Assembly (NCBI GenBank): GCA_965153355.1
Contig: OZ231126.1
Span: 45,322,001-45,386,000, forward strand
From: Flaccisagitta enflata
Taxonomy: Eukaryota
DNA: 64,000 nucleotides
Reading direction: 5' to 3'
This document shows, in pieces, positions 43,664-57,498 of the stretch. The number at the start of each line of letters is the position of its first letter. Within the stretch, counting starts at the first letter, position 1. The notes under the pieces were generated by a model that was not told the origin of the DNA, did no database searches, and worked only from the letters and a program-made list of their open reading frames with translations. The position numbers and the translations under genes are program-made.

Positions 43664-44188
43664 CTGCACGTTGTCGCAATATAAAATTGGTATTTTTGTC
43701 GTTCAAAAGGACATTCAGAATGTGTCTAATGAGCTACCAGTCTGTACGAAAATGGGCAGCAGCTTTGGCTGGATGATTTATCATTATTGAATCCCTACTA
43801 TTGCTCAAACCGGTCAAAAGTACCCTTGAATCTATCAAGAGAAAAGAATTCTAATTTGTCAAATGTTCATCAAAATATAAAAAAAATCAGGGATGTATGA
43901 TTTAGTATAAAGTTGAGTGGCTTTTGATTTCTTACCCCACCCCCCCTCCCTGGCCGGTCGAAGAAGTGTTTGATTTTCTACCTCATAGAGTAGGAATATA
44001 GTTACATTTGAGTCAAAATAGTACTAAATTGTGCTGCAGTAATCAAATATAAACTTCTGGAACTACCAAATGTGCATTTGTTATATCTACTTTTTTTTTC
44101 TTGTTTTCTAGCCTGATTTTTTTGCTCTCGAAACCCTTTGATTTTATTCCCCATATACTTGCAGTGATTCCGTTGAACAATTAAGTAC

Positions 44189-45131
44189 CTTCATCGAGTT
44201 TCCAGTTGTAGAGCAGCGGCGTTTGATAGATGGCGTCATGACGTCGAGACTCCGATTCTGCCATGTAGGATTCCGACAAAGCGCGGATAAAGTCGGGATG
44301 AAACTTCGTGTCGGCGTCACAGGTAGTGATCAGAATGTCTGATGAAAGTCCGATGGCGTCGGCGCTGGTCAGTGAGATGATTGAGGTGGTGTCACCTGTT
44401 ATTGGGCAGGCTCCAAGTTGTCCGTCTTGGGTAGAAGCTGTCGCGTTAGCAAGTACATCTGGGGTACTTTCATGTAGAGTGGGAAGAGGAGCGTTGGTAC
44501 CTTTGAGAATATCTGGTCGAGTACTTCTTCGAACCAGCGAGGCTCCTTCCGCGAGTGCTCCATTCGTTGTCGCATTGTTGGGGCTGCTGGTGGCATCTGG
44601 GATTGGTATTTCGATAGTGTTGGAGGTCATCGTTTCGTTGTTTACATAACTGATATTGTCAACACCCTCCTTATTCTCATTCTTTTCTATTCCTCTTTGT
44701 ATTTGTGGATCTTCCTCTGTTTCCTCGTCTTCATTTCTTTCCTCTTTTAAATATTTAAGCGATTCTCTTATGCCATAATTGGCGTTTGAGCATTTGCCCG
44801 GGATTTCCCCTTCAACTCCATAAGGATGGATCGTGAAGATCAGTCGTTGGAACTTGTCTTCAAATTCTCGACGAAGAAGTCGAATCTTGTCCTCAACTTC
44901 CGGCGTCCGCTCCTCGAAAGACACCGTCAACGTTAAAGGAACTTTTTTTGGTGTAAAAGAGGAGGAAGAGGATGAAGAGAAACAAGTGGTTGTACGCTGA
45001 GCAGCCAATGTAGAAATGGTTTCGATCAAAAGGGAAAGCGGTTCTTTGTAAGCGGAAAGAACCACCAAATGACGCGGCGATGTTTCGTTAATCGTCGATG
45101 CGGTTGGAAGTTGACCAGTTGAAACCAAACC
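44189..45131 (-). CDS. GT2 gene exon 3 (catalytic GT-A domain: HLVVLSAYKEP, EIPGKCSN, TCDAD)
   Basis: TTTTCTCAG| acceptor, G|GTAC phase-1 donor, DxD motif at 44310-44318. Confidence 0.88.
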
Positions 45132-46452
45132 CTGAGAAAATATTGAAAAGAAATGAAGGGGTAAGAGGACGGAGCGAAGTGCAGTTTTAACAAAGGTAGT
45201 CAAGATGAATATTGGGTTGGTCGTGATTGAATTAAGACATCATTTTCACAGTTCCGAACCCCGCAATAACGGATACCCCGCGATAACAAAATCTATCTGT
45301 GTCAGGCGGATTTCCATAATTGCTAACAAAGACAAAAAAATGAAAACAAAATTAATAAAATAAAAGAGCAAAGAGTTCATATCCACTATCAAACGAGATT
45401 AAACTTTTGCAAAATGAAAAGGCATTCAAAGCTAAGTTGAAGTAATATCTGCCGGCCGCCTACTAGTCTATTTGCATTTCATTGTTACGGCTTGTCTTCA
45501 AGTTTTTATTCAAGTTTTTATCCAAGCCCAGGCGGGCAACTAGATGCGTCATCTGCGTGATATCAAAAGAGGCGTAACGGACGGACGGACGGTTGGACGC
45601 ACGGACGGTTGGACGGACGGACGGACGGACGGACGGAAGGACGGAAGGACGGACGGAAGGACGGACGGACGGACGGACGGACGGACGGACCCCAATGGAA
45701 ATAAGTAATAAACTTTTTGGGCTATCCGCGGATATGGCTTTTTTATGTACTCGATGATCTTGTACTGTCCTATCTGAAACACATTACATTACATTACAGA
45801 CGAATTTTTGTTAAACTGTAATTAAATCACCTATTCTCCTACGTCTACAGGGTGAAAACCTCAAGAGGGGGAAAGTAAAAGCTAATTACGCCTAAACAAC
45901 TTAGGATATTCATAATTTGAAAGTTGTTCCTTGTAGAGAACTGCCTGACGTTTGTTCCTCTTGCTTTGGTTGGTCAAAACAGAAAAATTGAAACAGCTAA
46001 AAAGATATGACCAAAAATGTGAAGGTTCCTCTCCAACCTCAGAAAATTGCTCATTGATTTTCAATCTAACTCAAGTTGCAGAGAAGAAAATGGCATGACT
46101 ATACTATATTAAATTGGATAAAAAAAACCTAAAAGTTATTAATGGTGCTTCAGGTGGAAACCAAGAATGCAACATTTGGTTCAATAATTGATGAAAGAAT
46201 GAAACAACATCATTTACTAGTTTCAAAGCACTCAAGTCTGAAAGTCGTTTTTTTAGCTATTCCTAGTTTTGGACATTTCAAAGATTCTGATGTATCCTCT
46301 TTAAGTATTTGAGCTAATGACCTCAGCTTTGGCTTTTATAAAATGTCAGGTAATTTTCTACAACACTGCAAGAGATAAAATGTGATACTCTGGTAGTTTT
46401 GGAATCCTAAGCTTTTACTTTCCCCAACTTGAGCTTGTTCACCGTGTAGTAC

Positions 46453-46820
46453 CTGCAACTGCTCATCGTTTTTCCGTTTCCAACGACGCAGCCTCCAGTA
46501 AGTTCTCCACGCTGAGGTATTGACAACGATCCAGCAGAGGGCGAAAAAGAGTTGGAAGGAGGGCAGCAGATATGATGCCACCAAAGGAGTGACAAGCGGC
46601 AGCCACAACGGCAAAGGAATCACAGCCCAAATCAACAGGTTGAACACCAAATTCCAGCGAAGACGATCATTACTTGGTGATGACCTCAACGTTGTCCGTT
46701 TACCGAATGGGTTTTCTTTTATATCTTCTTTAATGGGAGCAATTCCCATATTTTCATTTTCGTTGGTGGTTTTCTCGCTTTTGTCGCCCTCAATTTCGCT
46801 GCCACGCGTCCTCATCCCAA
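46453..46820 (-). CDS. GT2 gene exon 2 (N-terminal transmembrane segments)
   Basis: Hydrophobic WNLVFNLLIWAVIPLPLWLP...FFALCWIVV. CAG|GTA phase-0 donor matches the next acceptor. Confidence 0.8.
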
Positions 46821-47238
46821 CTAAAAATCGGTTTGTATTTCGGGATAAGAATTAGACCAAAAGACACGGATTTTTCCTAGATTGGTGGGTAACCGGTTTT
46901 GTTCTTTTAATATCTTACTTTACCTTGGACAAACCAGAAGCAAATCGAGACTTTTCATAAAGTTCAAGACACTTCATGCTTCAACAAATTACCTAACCGA
47001 ATGTGATCAATCTTTCAGGTTTCTGCAAAAAACATCCCTTCATCTATCCAAGAAGAAGTAAGTATTCTACACAAGGGCTTTGCTTTACTGTTTGGCTTTT
47101 TTAACTTAGCTTACATAAAATAAAAACACAAAACAAAACACAAAATAAAAGGTAAAATCATTTTCATCATGGAACATCTATGATATTTTTTTGCAATCAC
47201 GGTAGGTCAATTCTTTTCCAATTGGGTTCTGCAATTAC

Positions 47239-47365
47239 CTGATTGTCTAACCGCGTTGAGTTCTTGTTTGACGAGCAAAACGCTTCTTCTTCTTATATTG
47301 GTCATCTTCATTTCCAAATCTTCCTTAAACTCTTTCTTTTGAATGCTCTCGGTTGAGTTTGCCAT
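47239..47365 (-). CDS. GT2 gene, putative first coding exon
   Basis: AAAAATGG start (MANSTES...). The G|GTAATT phase-1 donor joins in frame to the TTTTAG| acceptor at 46820. Confidence 0.6.
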
Positions 47366-49022
47366 TTTTGTATCCGGAAGGGAATTACCCGAAAATCTGA
47401 AGTAGCTGTTAATTTGCCATTCAACGAAAACAATCACGTGCGGGTGGGCAGAGAAAGAGGCGCAAAAAATCCAGATTCGAGCAACCCACGGGACAGAAGA
47501 ACCGACCGACGATAAAACCGTCTTGCAGAATCGAATGTACGCCAAAAAAAAAATGAAATTACAAGAAGGAGAGGATTAAATCATTTTTAATACCAAAAAA
47601 AGTCTAGTTTTGCTAAAATCAAACCTGTTTTTTATCCTGTATCCGTCTTCACCGATTCATCTTTCTTATATTAGTTTTTGGATCCGGGTTGTTGACGACA
47701 TAATTCTTACGTTATATAAATCCAAATAAACTTAGATAGTCGATGACGAAAATGTCCTCTCGTGACTCTGGTGGCGATCACTATTCTAGACGAAGTGCAA
47801 TACTCGAAAGAAAAGAGAGAAAATCCCCGCTTTTATCATGCAAATTAAGACAGGTAGAAACAGGATCGGGATCGGAATTTGAGAGAAAAAAATATATTTT
47901 GATCAATGATCATTGAATGCAGGTGTGTATTCTGTATAACTACATTCAAAGTAAAGAGGTCATTCGTACGAAACAAATCGATGACAGTGCCAATTCTGTG
48001 TCGTAAAAAGGAGCATTTCTAATACTGAGCGAGTCATTAAAAAGCCGCACTTTTAAATGGCTAATTACAGTTAAATCTTGGAAGATGATTGTTTAAAATC
48101 ATAGATCACAAGATCAATTCTATTTGGCTCCAACTTGGTATTTCTATTGGTTAGACATGGTATAAGAAAGGCAACAGGCCAACGATTGGGTGCTCCGTAC
48201 AATTATATACACAACTACAAACATACTTCTTCCTTCCTTATTCTTTCCTTCCTTCCTTCCTTCCTTCCCTCCTTCCTTCCTTCCTTCCTTCCTTCCTTCC
48301 TTCCTTCCTTTCTCCCCTTCCTCCCCTTCCTTCCATGCCTTTCGTCTTTCCTTTCTTCATTCCTTCCTTCATTCCTTTCTTCTTTCCCTCTTTCTTTCCT
48401 TCCTTCCTTCCTTCCTTCCTTCCTTCCTTCCTTCCTCCCTCCCTGCTTCCCTCTCTTTCTTTCTCCCTTCCTTCAATCCTTGTTCTAGAGTCGCGTACAT
48501 GCGACAAAAAACCTTGTCATTATCAATCCTTTTGAAAAAAAAGAGCATCTATGCAAAATAAGAGTTCACTTAGAAGCTGTAAATTCTAAACCGTTTGACG
48601 GTTTGAGATGTATAGAATGACGGAAAATTTAAGAATCTTCAAAAATCGTTTCAACAGGAAAAAAAATCTTATTAATTCTATAAAAAAGTGCGTTATTTTT
48701 TTTTGGGTCGGACGGACGGACGGCACGGCAAGGTGTAGAGTCGCGTGTCCGCGAGCACCGCGACTATAAACAATAACGACATTGACGACAATATCATTAC
48801 ATAACATTAATCAAAACACTTTTAGCAAAAACAAAAACAAAAACAAAATTAAAAACAAAAACAAAAACAAAAACAAAAACAAAAACAAAAACAAAAACAA
48901 AAACAAAAACAAAAACAAAAACAAAAACGTCGATGAGGACAATCATGGATCTGGACAGAAAGTAGCGGTAACCAAAATGTCATGTCCTGTCCTGTTCGTC
49001 TGCCTGTCTTTCTATCTTTTGA

Positions 49023-49121
<99 letters not shown>

Positions 49122-49412
49122 CTATCATTTTCTGATTTTTTCGTGTTTCCCAGTGATGAAGTCTTCTATTCTATCTCATCATAGGGAAAAATAGTGAAAC
49201 AGATAAAAAAAGAAAGAAAATAACGCCATCTCTTGAAATCGTCCTCTTCCTTTTCCTGTAAGAATTAGATTAGAGTTTCTTCCTTGGATGGACAATTGGT
49301 TCACACGTGCTTTTTCTTTTGTTTTCCTTCTCTTTGTTTTCATTTTCTTTCTTTGCTTTTCGCGCAGGAGAAGAAATTGGCTGAAGAAAAGGAGCCGAAG
49401 AGAGGCCGCAAG

Positions 49413-49465
<53 letters not shown>

Positions 49466-51967
49466 AATTTTGATAACTCACAATCAGATATGGATGTTTT
49501 TCTCCAGGAAAGGAAATGGAATTGTTGGGTCTCGCACGATTTTGGATAAGTGGTGACTGGTAAGAGGTGAAGAGGTGAGAGTATCTTGGGGGACAAAGTG
49601 TTGGTGATATGGTGACTGGAAAGGGGTTAAAGAGTCGTGAAGCACTTGATCTTCGTCTTGGCGGAAGGTTGGTGCGTGTGTATTATCATTGGTGTTAACT
49701 TTGTATCTTTTGAAAATTGATGAATCTTCGGATATGGTTGATTACTGTTTATAGGGATAGCTGGTGTAAGGAGGAACTTGTCATCAGTTATGTTATGCCA
49801 TTTTCTGTAACTTGTATTTTGTTTTTACCCTTGCGCATTTTTGTTCGTGCTTTACCTCGTCGTGAATAAATGTAAAAAAGAAACAACACAGGCGACCATG
49901 GATGTATGGACCGCCACATCTACCAAGTCGGTTCTAAAATCCAGTTGATCAGAAAAATGAAGAAATCATTTTGAACATGGCGGGAAACACGAATGAGGAC
50001 TGATTGAAGGTACGATAGTCAGGATGCTGCTTTTTTGGGCAGTAATCTTGCTCTAGGTCTGGTTGAGGCCAATCAAGCTGATTTGAAGCGGCAAATTTTG
50101 GAGCTCCGAAACATCCGTGTGGATGACGGTTTTGTTAACCTCATTTTGAATTCGTAGTGATGGTGAATGTAATCCATCCTTCCATTTCTTCCCGAGGCTG
50201 TTATTTGGGGGCGATTCCTGAAATAAGCAGGCGTGACCGCAAATCTGATATCACGCCATTTTGATTGAAACAACCTGCAACGAAAAAGAATAACCCTTTT
50301 GTCTGGGGGATCAACGGCATTTCTTGAAAGCTGGAAGGTTATCAATCAAACATATCAAACAAGCGGCAGAAATTAAGGTTAAAGGCTAAACCGCAACGGT
50401 TCATTCTGCAACGAACTGTGAGATGGAAATTGAAGAAACTACGCATTACGCCTGTCAGGATGCCCAGAATGATGAAAATGACCCAACGCACTCCTGGTTA
50501 GTTTTTTTTCTCGCCAACAGTCGATCAGAGGAGCCGCTTTACGAACGAAATTAATTGGGTACCATATTTTGGGTCTAATTAACGCTACAAAGAAAATAAA
50601 ACGATCTTCCTAAGTGGATGGTTAAGGGTTTCCCTCACTTTCATTTCTTACTGACGCTAAATATGCTTTTCAACAAATTACGTGCAGCGGCTCATGATCA
50701 TTTAAGAGATATTCTACAACTAGGGTGCATTGGGTCATATTCACAATTCCTAGCCAACAGGCATACTACGCAAAAAGGATGATGTCACACTTGTCCAAAT
50801 TCAGAGGACAGCATTTTTGATTTCCTGATATATAGTAGGATAACGTTATTCGTTCTTCCACTTAGCTTCAGTCAGTGTTTGATCAATAAGTAGGGGCCTT
50901 GATTCAATTTACAATAGTATTGTTGCACATCATGACAATTCAAAAGGCGAATTCTTCTTTACCAACAGACCAACCGAAGAATGATATTGACAAAAGGGTT
51001 GCGAATGACATGCTTCAACTATGGCGAAAATGTCGTTTTGTGCAGAGCTTTGACCTCCTCCTCCCGCTCCTCCTCCTCCACCTCACAAAAAAAAAGAGGT
51101 ATCGAAAAGCCTCAACGCGTTTGCACAACCAAAAGAAAAAAAAACCTCACAGGTCGAGTTTCGGTCGTCGAGAATAATTTCCCCCACGTAGTAGAAACTG
51201 TTTATGCAACATTTTCTTTGTGCTCTTCCGGTTTTCTGGGCACAAAAGCCGGAAACTGCGCCGCGCAAGTTTCGCCGCCACTTCCACCTCGGCCAAGACT
51301 ACCACAACCACCTCGGCAGAGACTACAACCATTAATTACTTCCACTTGCTTAAATGATGCTGGCGCTACCGCCACTGCCACAAGCAGCATAGCCACCAAT
51401 AAGATAAGTAGTTTGATGACGGAAAGCCTAAGATGGGATGGCTGGTTGCGTGTAATCCGCTGGGTGGTAATCATAATCCATTCCAGCCACTGGTGCCATC
51501 ATTTCACCCACTACAACACTCGTCGAATCCACCCCCACAGGCTCCATCGCGACCGCTGCCGCGCCGAGCGGATAGAGTTGAGATAGGTATGAGAGTGTGA
51601 TAGCTGGTGATTTTAGAGTGAATATCAGTTAACGCTACATCATCTTAGCCACCACCATCACTGCTATACCACGTGCGCCGCCACCACCACCACAACCACC
51701 GCCACAACATTCTCCCCCTCGTAAACGTTATGAATTGCCTTTCCGAAGAAAACTCATTCATTTTCTCTTTCACCTCGGCAAAAGCAACGGTGGTTGAGCT
51801 CCATGGTGCCATATATTCATATATACATATACATCTGCGGTGCCATTGTTGGAATTGTTGGCTTGGCCAATCGCTCGCCGCCCCATCAACTCGAGCTTAG
51901 GGTAGGTAAATAGAATTGCCATTACGCCCGATGGCAGACCGTCTGACCGAGAAGAAAGAAAAGGGAA

Positions 51968-52025
<58 letters not shown>

Positions 52026-52384
52026 CAGAGCTGAAAAGAATGAGCACACATTTGCAATTGTGCACTGATAACATTTTTGAACCCGAAACCTCCTGAACCT
52101 TTATTTTGAGTGTATCACGGCTATTTTTGACCCTCGGTCAAGCCAGCCATGAGACGATCATGGTATTTGATTTGGTTTACGAACTTTTGCTATTTCGGCG
52201 ACTTATGCTTCAATAATGCAGCGTCTGCCGGATCGGCAATGCAATGTCTGCCGGGTTGGCAATGCAATGTCTGCTGGATCGACAAAGTCACATTTTCCGC
52301 GTCGGCACGTAACTGTCTTACTGTTTCTCCGGATTTTGTGCCCTTCCCCCTCTTTTTGTCAAAATCTGATTGTCTGTCTGTCCC

Positions 52385-52460
<76 letters not shown>

Positions 52461-52812
52461 ACCGCCTCCGTCTCAATGGATATCTTTCTTTCCTGCCTAC
52501 CTCAAGTTTTCGTTCCTTTTGACAATTACCAATAATGGACCACTGCCCTTGGTATTTACCTTTATTGCCTTTGTTCCGCATTCTAAGATGCTCCCTGCGT
52601 CACTGATCACCCCTGGTGAAATCCATCCGTTGGTTCGTCCCTCCTTTTTGCTCAAGTTGATAATGGTTAAAAGGCATAGTAGAGCTCCGAGAAAACTAGT
52701 TACTTCACCCTTTCATGGCATCTCCTCCCCCCTTTTAAAGCGGGCTTTGGGCTAGGCCATTTTCCAGTGGGCTTTGGGCTACTCTATTTTCCAGCAGGCT
52801 TTGGGCTAGCCC

Positions 52813-54053
52813 TTTTTTGGGCAGCGGCCTCGGAGGGGACAATGTCCTGTAGAACACAGGGGGACTTTCGTTTGTTCGTTCATTTGTTTGTTCGTTTCTC
52901 CGTTCATCCCCCTCTGGCTTTGGGGCTCAAATCCCAGCCTCCAGGCTCAAATCCTAGCCTCCAGGCTCAAATCCCATTCTCAAGGTTTAAACCTCAGCCT
53001 TGGGGCTGAAAATCAGCCCCGAGGCTAAAATCCCAGCCTCAAGGCTCAAATCCCAGACTTGAGGCTCAAATCCCAGCCTTGAGGCTCAAATTCCAGAACA
53101 TAGGGGGACTTTCGTTCGTTTGTTTGTTTGTTCATTCGTTTGTTCGTTCGTTTGTTCATTTGTTTGTTTGTTTGTTTGTTTGTTTGTTTGTTTGTTTGTT
53201 TGTTTGTTCATTCGTTCATTTGTTCATTCGTTCATTCATTCATTCATTCATTCATTCATTCATTCATTCATTCATTCGTTTGTTTGTTTGTTTGTTTGTT
53301 TGTTTGTTCATTTGTTTGTTTGTTTGTTTGTTTGTTCGTTCCTTTGTTCGTGTATTCATTCATTCATTCATTTGTTTGTTTGTTTGTTTGTTTGTTTGTT
53401 TGTTTGTTTGTTTGTTTGTTTGTTCGTTCATTTGTTCGTTCATTTGTTCGTTCATTTGTTCGTTTGTTTGTTCGTTCATTCGTTCCTTCGTTTGTTCCTT
53501 CGTTCGCTCGTTTGTTCGTTCATCTGTTTGTTCATTCATTCGTTCGTTTCTCAATTTGTCCCCCCCCTGGCCTCGGGGCTCAAATCCCAGCCTTCAGGCT
53601 CAAATCCTAGCCTCCAGGCTCAAATCCCATTCTCAAGGCTTAAATCCCAGCCTTGGGGCTCAAATTCCAGCCTCAGACTTAAATCCCAAACTTGACGCTC
53701 AAATTCCAACCTGGCCTTGAGGCTCAAATTCCAGCCTTGAGGCTCAAATTCCAGCCTTGAGGCTTAAATCCCAGCCTCGAGGCTCAATTCCAGCTTCGAG
53801 TCTCAAATCTCAGCTTCGAGGCTGAAGTCCTATCCTCAAGGCTTTAATCCCCACCTCAAGGCTTAAATCCCAGTCTAAAGGCTTAAATCCCAGCCTTGAG
53901 GCTCAAATCCCAGCTTCAACAAACAAACAGATAAATGAAAGTTTCCCCCCCCCCTTTGGGGCCGCTGCCCTGCTAACCATCAATTACAGTCACAAACATA
54001 CTAAGCAGGGCAACGGGTATCGCTGACCACATATTGCCCTTGGGCGACCTGTT
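52813..54053 (+). mobile_element. HINE-like family A element with (TTTG/TTCA)n microsatellite and 20-bp minisatellite
   Basis: Same 5' end and same ...GGGCGACCTGTT 3' end as the 13-kb copies. Inserted into a T-run of a GGCTTTGGGCTAGC repeat. Confidence 0.65.
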
Positions 54054-54779
54054 CTAGTAGGCTTTGGGCTAGCGTGTTCTCCAGTGTGCTGCGAGCTAAC
54101 ACCTGTGCAAGAATTATTGCAACAACTTTGTAAGATAGTCAAACTTTTATGAAAAGAAATAAAGAAATTTGATTTTCACAATTAGTTAGTATTCGAAAAA
54201 TGCTTCATTTTGCTCATGAATAACATCCCAATCACTTAAAACAAAGCCAAGATATAACAAAACCAGTGAAAACATATATCTCTCTTGGCACTGCAAAATT
54301 ACCAGAAAACAGTGTCATCTTGTAAAAGACTGTAAAATTTGATTGAACAAAGACAAAATAATCCGGATTGCGCCACTGGTTAGATCTTGAGCTGTAGTTT
54401 AATAATCTCATGGATTTCAGGTCTAATTTCATAAGCAAAATGGTCAAATCTTGGTGTAAAAGTAACCCAAAAATTGACATTCTGAACACAACTATCTTTT
54501 AGTTGTGTTAAATAAATCTAACTTGTGTCTTCTAAAAGGGATTGAAAATTCAATTTCTGTCTTGTTATAGCTTGTATTATCATAAAAATAACCAAACCTG
54601 ATCAAATATGTGAATACAGTATAGCTCAAGGGGAGAAAAATTGATTAATGGTATGTTTGTAATAATTATTGCACAGATGTTAGCCTATTTTCCAGCAGGC
54701 TTTGGGCTAGCCTGTGAGCCAAAGCATTGGGTAGGCCGTGGGCCCGCAGGTTTTAGGTTAGGCTTTTAGGTTAGGCTTT

Positions 54780-55165
54780 AAGGCCCCATTGGTCAACGGG
54801 GTAGCCAAAGCCCCATTGACCAACGGGGTTGGGGCTAAGCCGTTGGCCAACCTGGTTTGGGCTACCTTGTTGGCAAAAGGGGTTTGGGCTACCTTGTTGG
54901 CCAACAGGGTTCGGGCTACCCCATTGGCCAACAGAGTTCATGCTGTTAGCCAATGGGTTCAGGTTAACTCGTTGACCAACGGGGTTCAGGCCACCCCATT
55001 TGGGATTTGGGGTTTGGGGTACCCCATTGGCCAACGAGGTTTGGTATGGGCTACCCCGTTGGCCAACGGTGTATGGGCTACCCCATTGGCCAACATGGTT
55101 CAGGATACCCTGTTGGCCAATGGGTTCAGGCTACCCCGTTGGCCAACAGGGTTCAGGCTATGCCC
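54780..55165. repeat. ~30-35 bp minisatellite (GGCTACCCCGTTGGCCAACGGGGTT)
   Basis: About 11-12 diverged units, each with a palindromic core around TTGGCCAA. Confidence 0.85.
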
Positions 55166-55238
55166 AGCGGTTTTGATCAATGTGTTCTAGTCCACCTCCC
55201 ACCACCACATTTCACTTTCTTAATTATGAAAATATGTA

Positions 55239-55812
55239 CAGTAGATGTCGTCTAGACTTGGAAATACGGGGGAATTCATTACAGGAAAATAAATAAAGTT
55301 AAGAGAGTGATATTTGGAATTTAAACTAATAATAGGATGCTTTATTGCCCATGGGTGTTGGTTGCCATGGAAACACATTTTTATGTATTTACGCTAAAAT
55401 ATCAATTTTTTGAGAAATTTTTTGAGGGAACATTGTTTAAAATAAAATTTGCTACAACTTTCCCACAGTATGTTCTGTAAGAATATCGCTGGTTTGGCGG
55501 TTGCTAGGGAGCATCACAGGGCTGTCACACATAGTTACGCTCCCTAGCAACGGCTAAACGAGCAATATTCTTACAGAACATACTGTGGGAAAGTTGTGGC
55601 AAATTTTATTTTAAACAATGTTCCCTAAAAAAATTTCTCAAAATATTGATACTTTAGCGTGAATACATGAAAATGTGTTTCCATAGCAACCAACACCCAT
55701 GGGCAACAAAGCATCCTTTTATTAGTCTATATTCCAAATATCAGTCTCTTAAGTGAATTTGTCTTCCTGTAATGAATTCCCCCGTATTTCCAAGTCTAGA
55801 CGACATCTACTG
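55239..55812. mobile_element. Almost fully palindromic Tc1/mariner-type MITE (574 bp)
   Basis: TA|CAGTAGATGTCGTCTAGACTTGG...CCAAGTCTAGACGACATCTACTG|TA, with ~275-bp arms and a ~25-bp spacer. Confidence 0.9.
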
Positions 55813-56064
55813 TATTTGCTGCGAGGCCTTTCATTGGAAAAAAAGTGCCCCCTGTTGTACTACAAATCTATAACTGTGACAGTTGAGCAGTCTGAAATGC
55901 ATTTATTAACGGGGTAGTTCTTGCATGCTTGTAATTTTTTACAGGATTTCTTTAAAGTGTCACCATGAAGTTGATCTTGTTTCTTAGATACAATATTGCC
56001 ATATGCAAGTAGTTTCAAGCTAAAGATACCTGTCATTTTGATGTAGTTATGTCAATAGAATAAT

Positions 56065-56404
56065 CAGGCCTCTCTGGAACCATAGGTCATTGGGCCCCTC
56101 CATGGCCGCTGCCCCATTAACCTAGATAACCTAAGATAAAAAAAATGATAAATGGGGCATCGGGAACCGCTGACCATATGACACTTGAGCGACCTGTTTA
56201 GTCTGAGATCGAGAGGGTTGATTTGACCCCTAAAAGACTTGATTTGAAGCCAGAGAGGCCTGATTTAAACCCTGAGAGGCCTGATTTGAAGCTTGAGAGG
56301 ACGGGGGGAGGGCAGAGAAAGGAAAGAACGAATGGACTAATAAAAGTCCCCCTGTGTTCTACAGGACTTTGTAGTTTGTACCCTTTAGGTCGGCTGCCCA
56401 AAAA
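56065..56404. mobile_element. Fragments of HINE-like family A (a plus-strand 3' end followed by a minus-strand 5' end)
   Basis: ...GAGCGACCTGTT at ~56198, then GTCCCCCTGTGTTCTACAGGAC...GCTGCCCAAAAA at 56345-56404. Confidence 0.5.
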
Positions 56405-56681
56405 GCAATGCCAATTATAGTAGGTCAATAGGTGCACTGTGTGGATCGTCAAACTTTTGCGTGTCCGACCAACAAACCAACCCGCCTGTCAACCAATGCA
56501 CGGATGAATGTGACCGGTTATTGAGGTGCATTGGCGCACCTTGAAAGAAAGAGGGAAAAGGAAATTGATATAATAGAAAGAGGACGTATAAAACGAGGCA
56601 GAATCATGAAGCGAACGTAATCAAGTTAGCGACGACAGGGACGGAAAGGAGAAAAGAGGTGGAAAAGACAAACGTAAACCA

Positions 56682-56768
<87 letters not shown>

Positions 56769-56842
56769 GATGGACAGACAATCAGATAGAAAGCCAGATG
56801 AAGGTGAACAAAAAAACGCATTGCACCAAGAAAAACAAAAAG

Positions 56843-57050
<208 letters not shown>

Positions 57051-57443
57051 AACAAAATAACGAGAAAGGGAAGAAGAAAGAGAAGAGTAAGAAAAAGAGA
57101 CATAGACAAAGATGGAATGAGATGTAATAGAGGCATTTTGTGTGTGGAGCCTAAGAAAGAAATAGGGAGGGAATCCTTTGGGATTTATGGCTGGAATAAA
57201 AGCGGATTACCGCGTTGACCCGTTGTCAGCCCAAAACAAGTAGAATGCCCATCTCAACGACGCGCACACCGACACGTATGCCGACACGAATACCGACGCG
57301 AAAAGTGACGAGTTTGCCGATGTTTCCATCATTGAAGCTTGGAATTCATTCCATGGAGAGTAAACGCAATGTCAACTGAATCCAGCGATCAATGTAACTG
57401 ACTCATAGGCTGGTCTGTGTAGCAATCTCCTCTCTCTCTCTTT

Positions 57444-57498
<55 letters not shown>

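Noticed and set aside
50073-51900. Moderate-complexity ORFs upstream of the GT2 gene
   Set aside because: No recognisable domain or consistent exon chain. A decayed gene or TE cannot be excluded.
54750-54783. TTAGG-like telomeric repeats
   Set aside because: Only a few interrupted copies, not an array.
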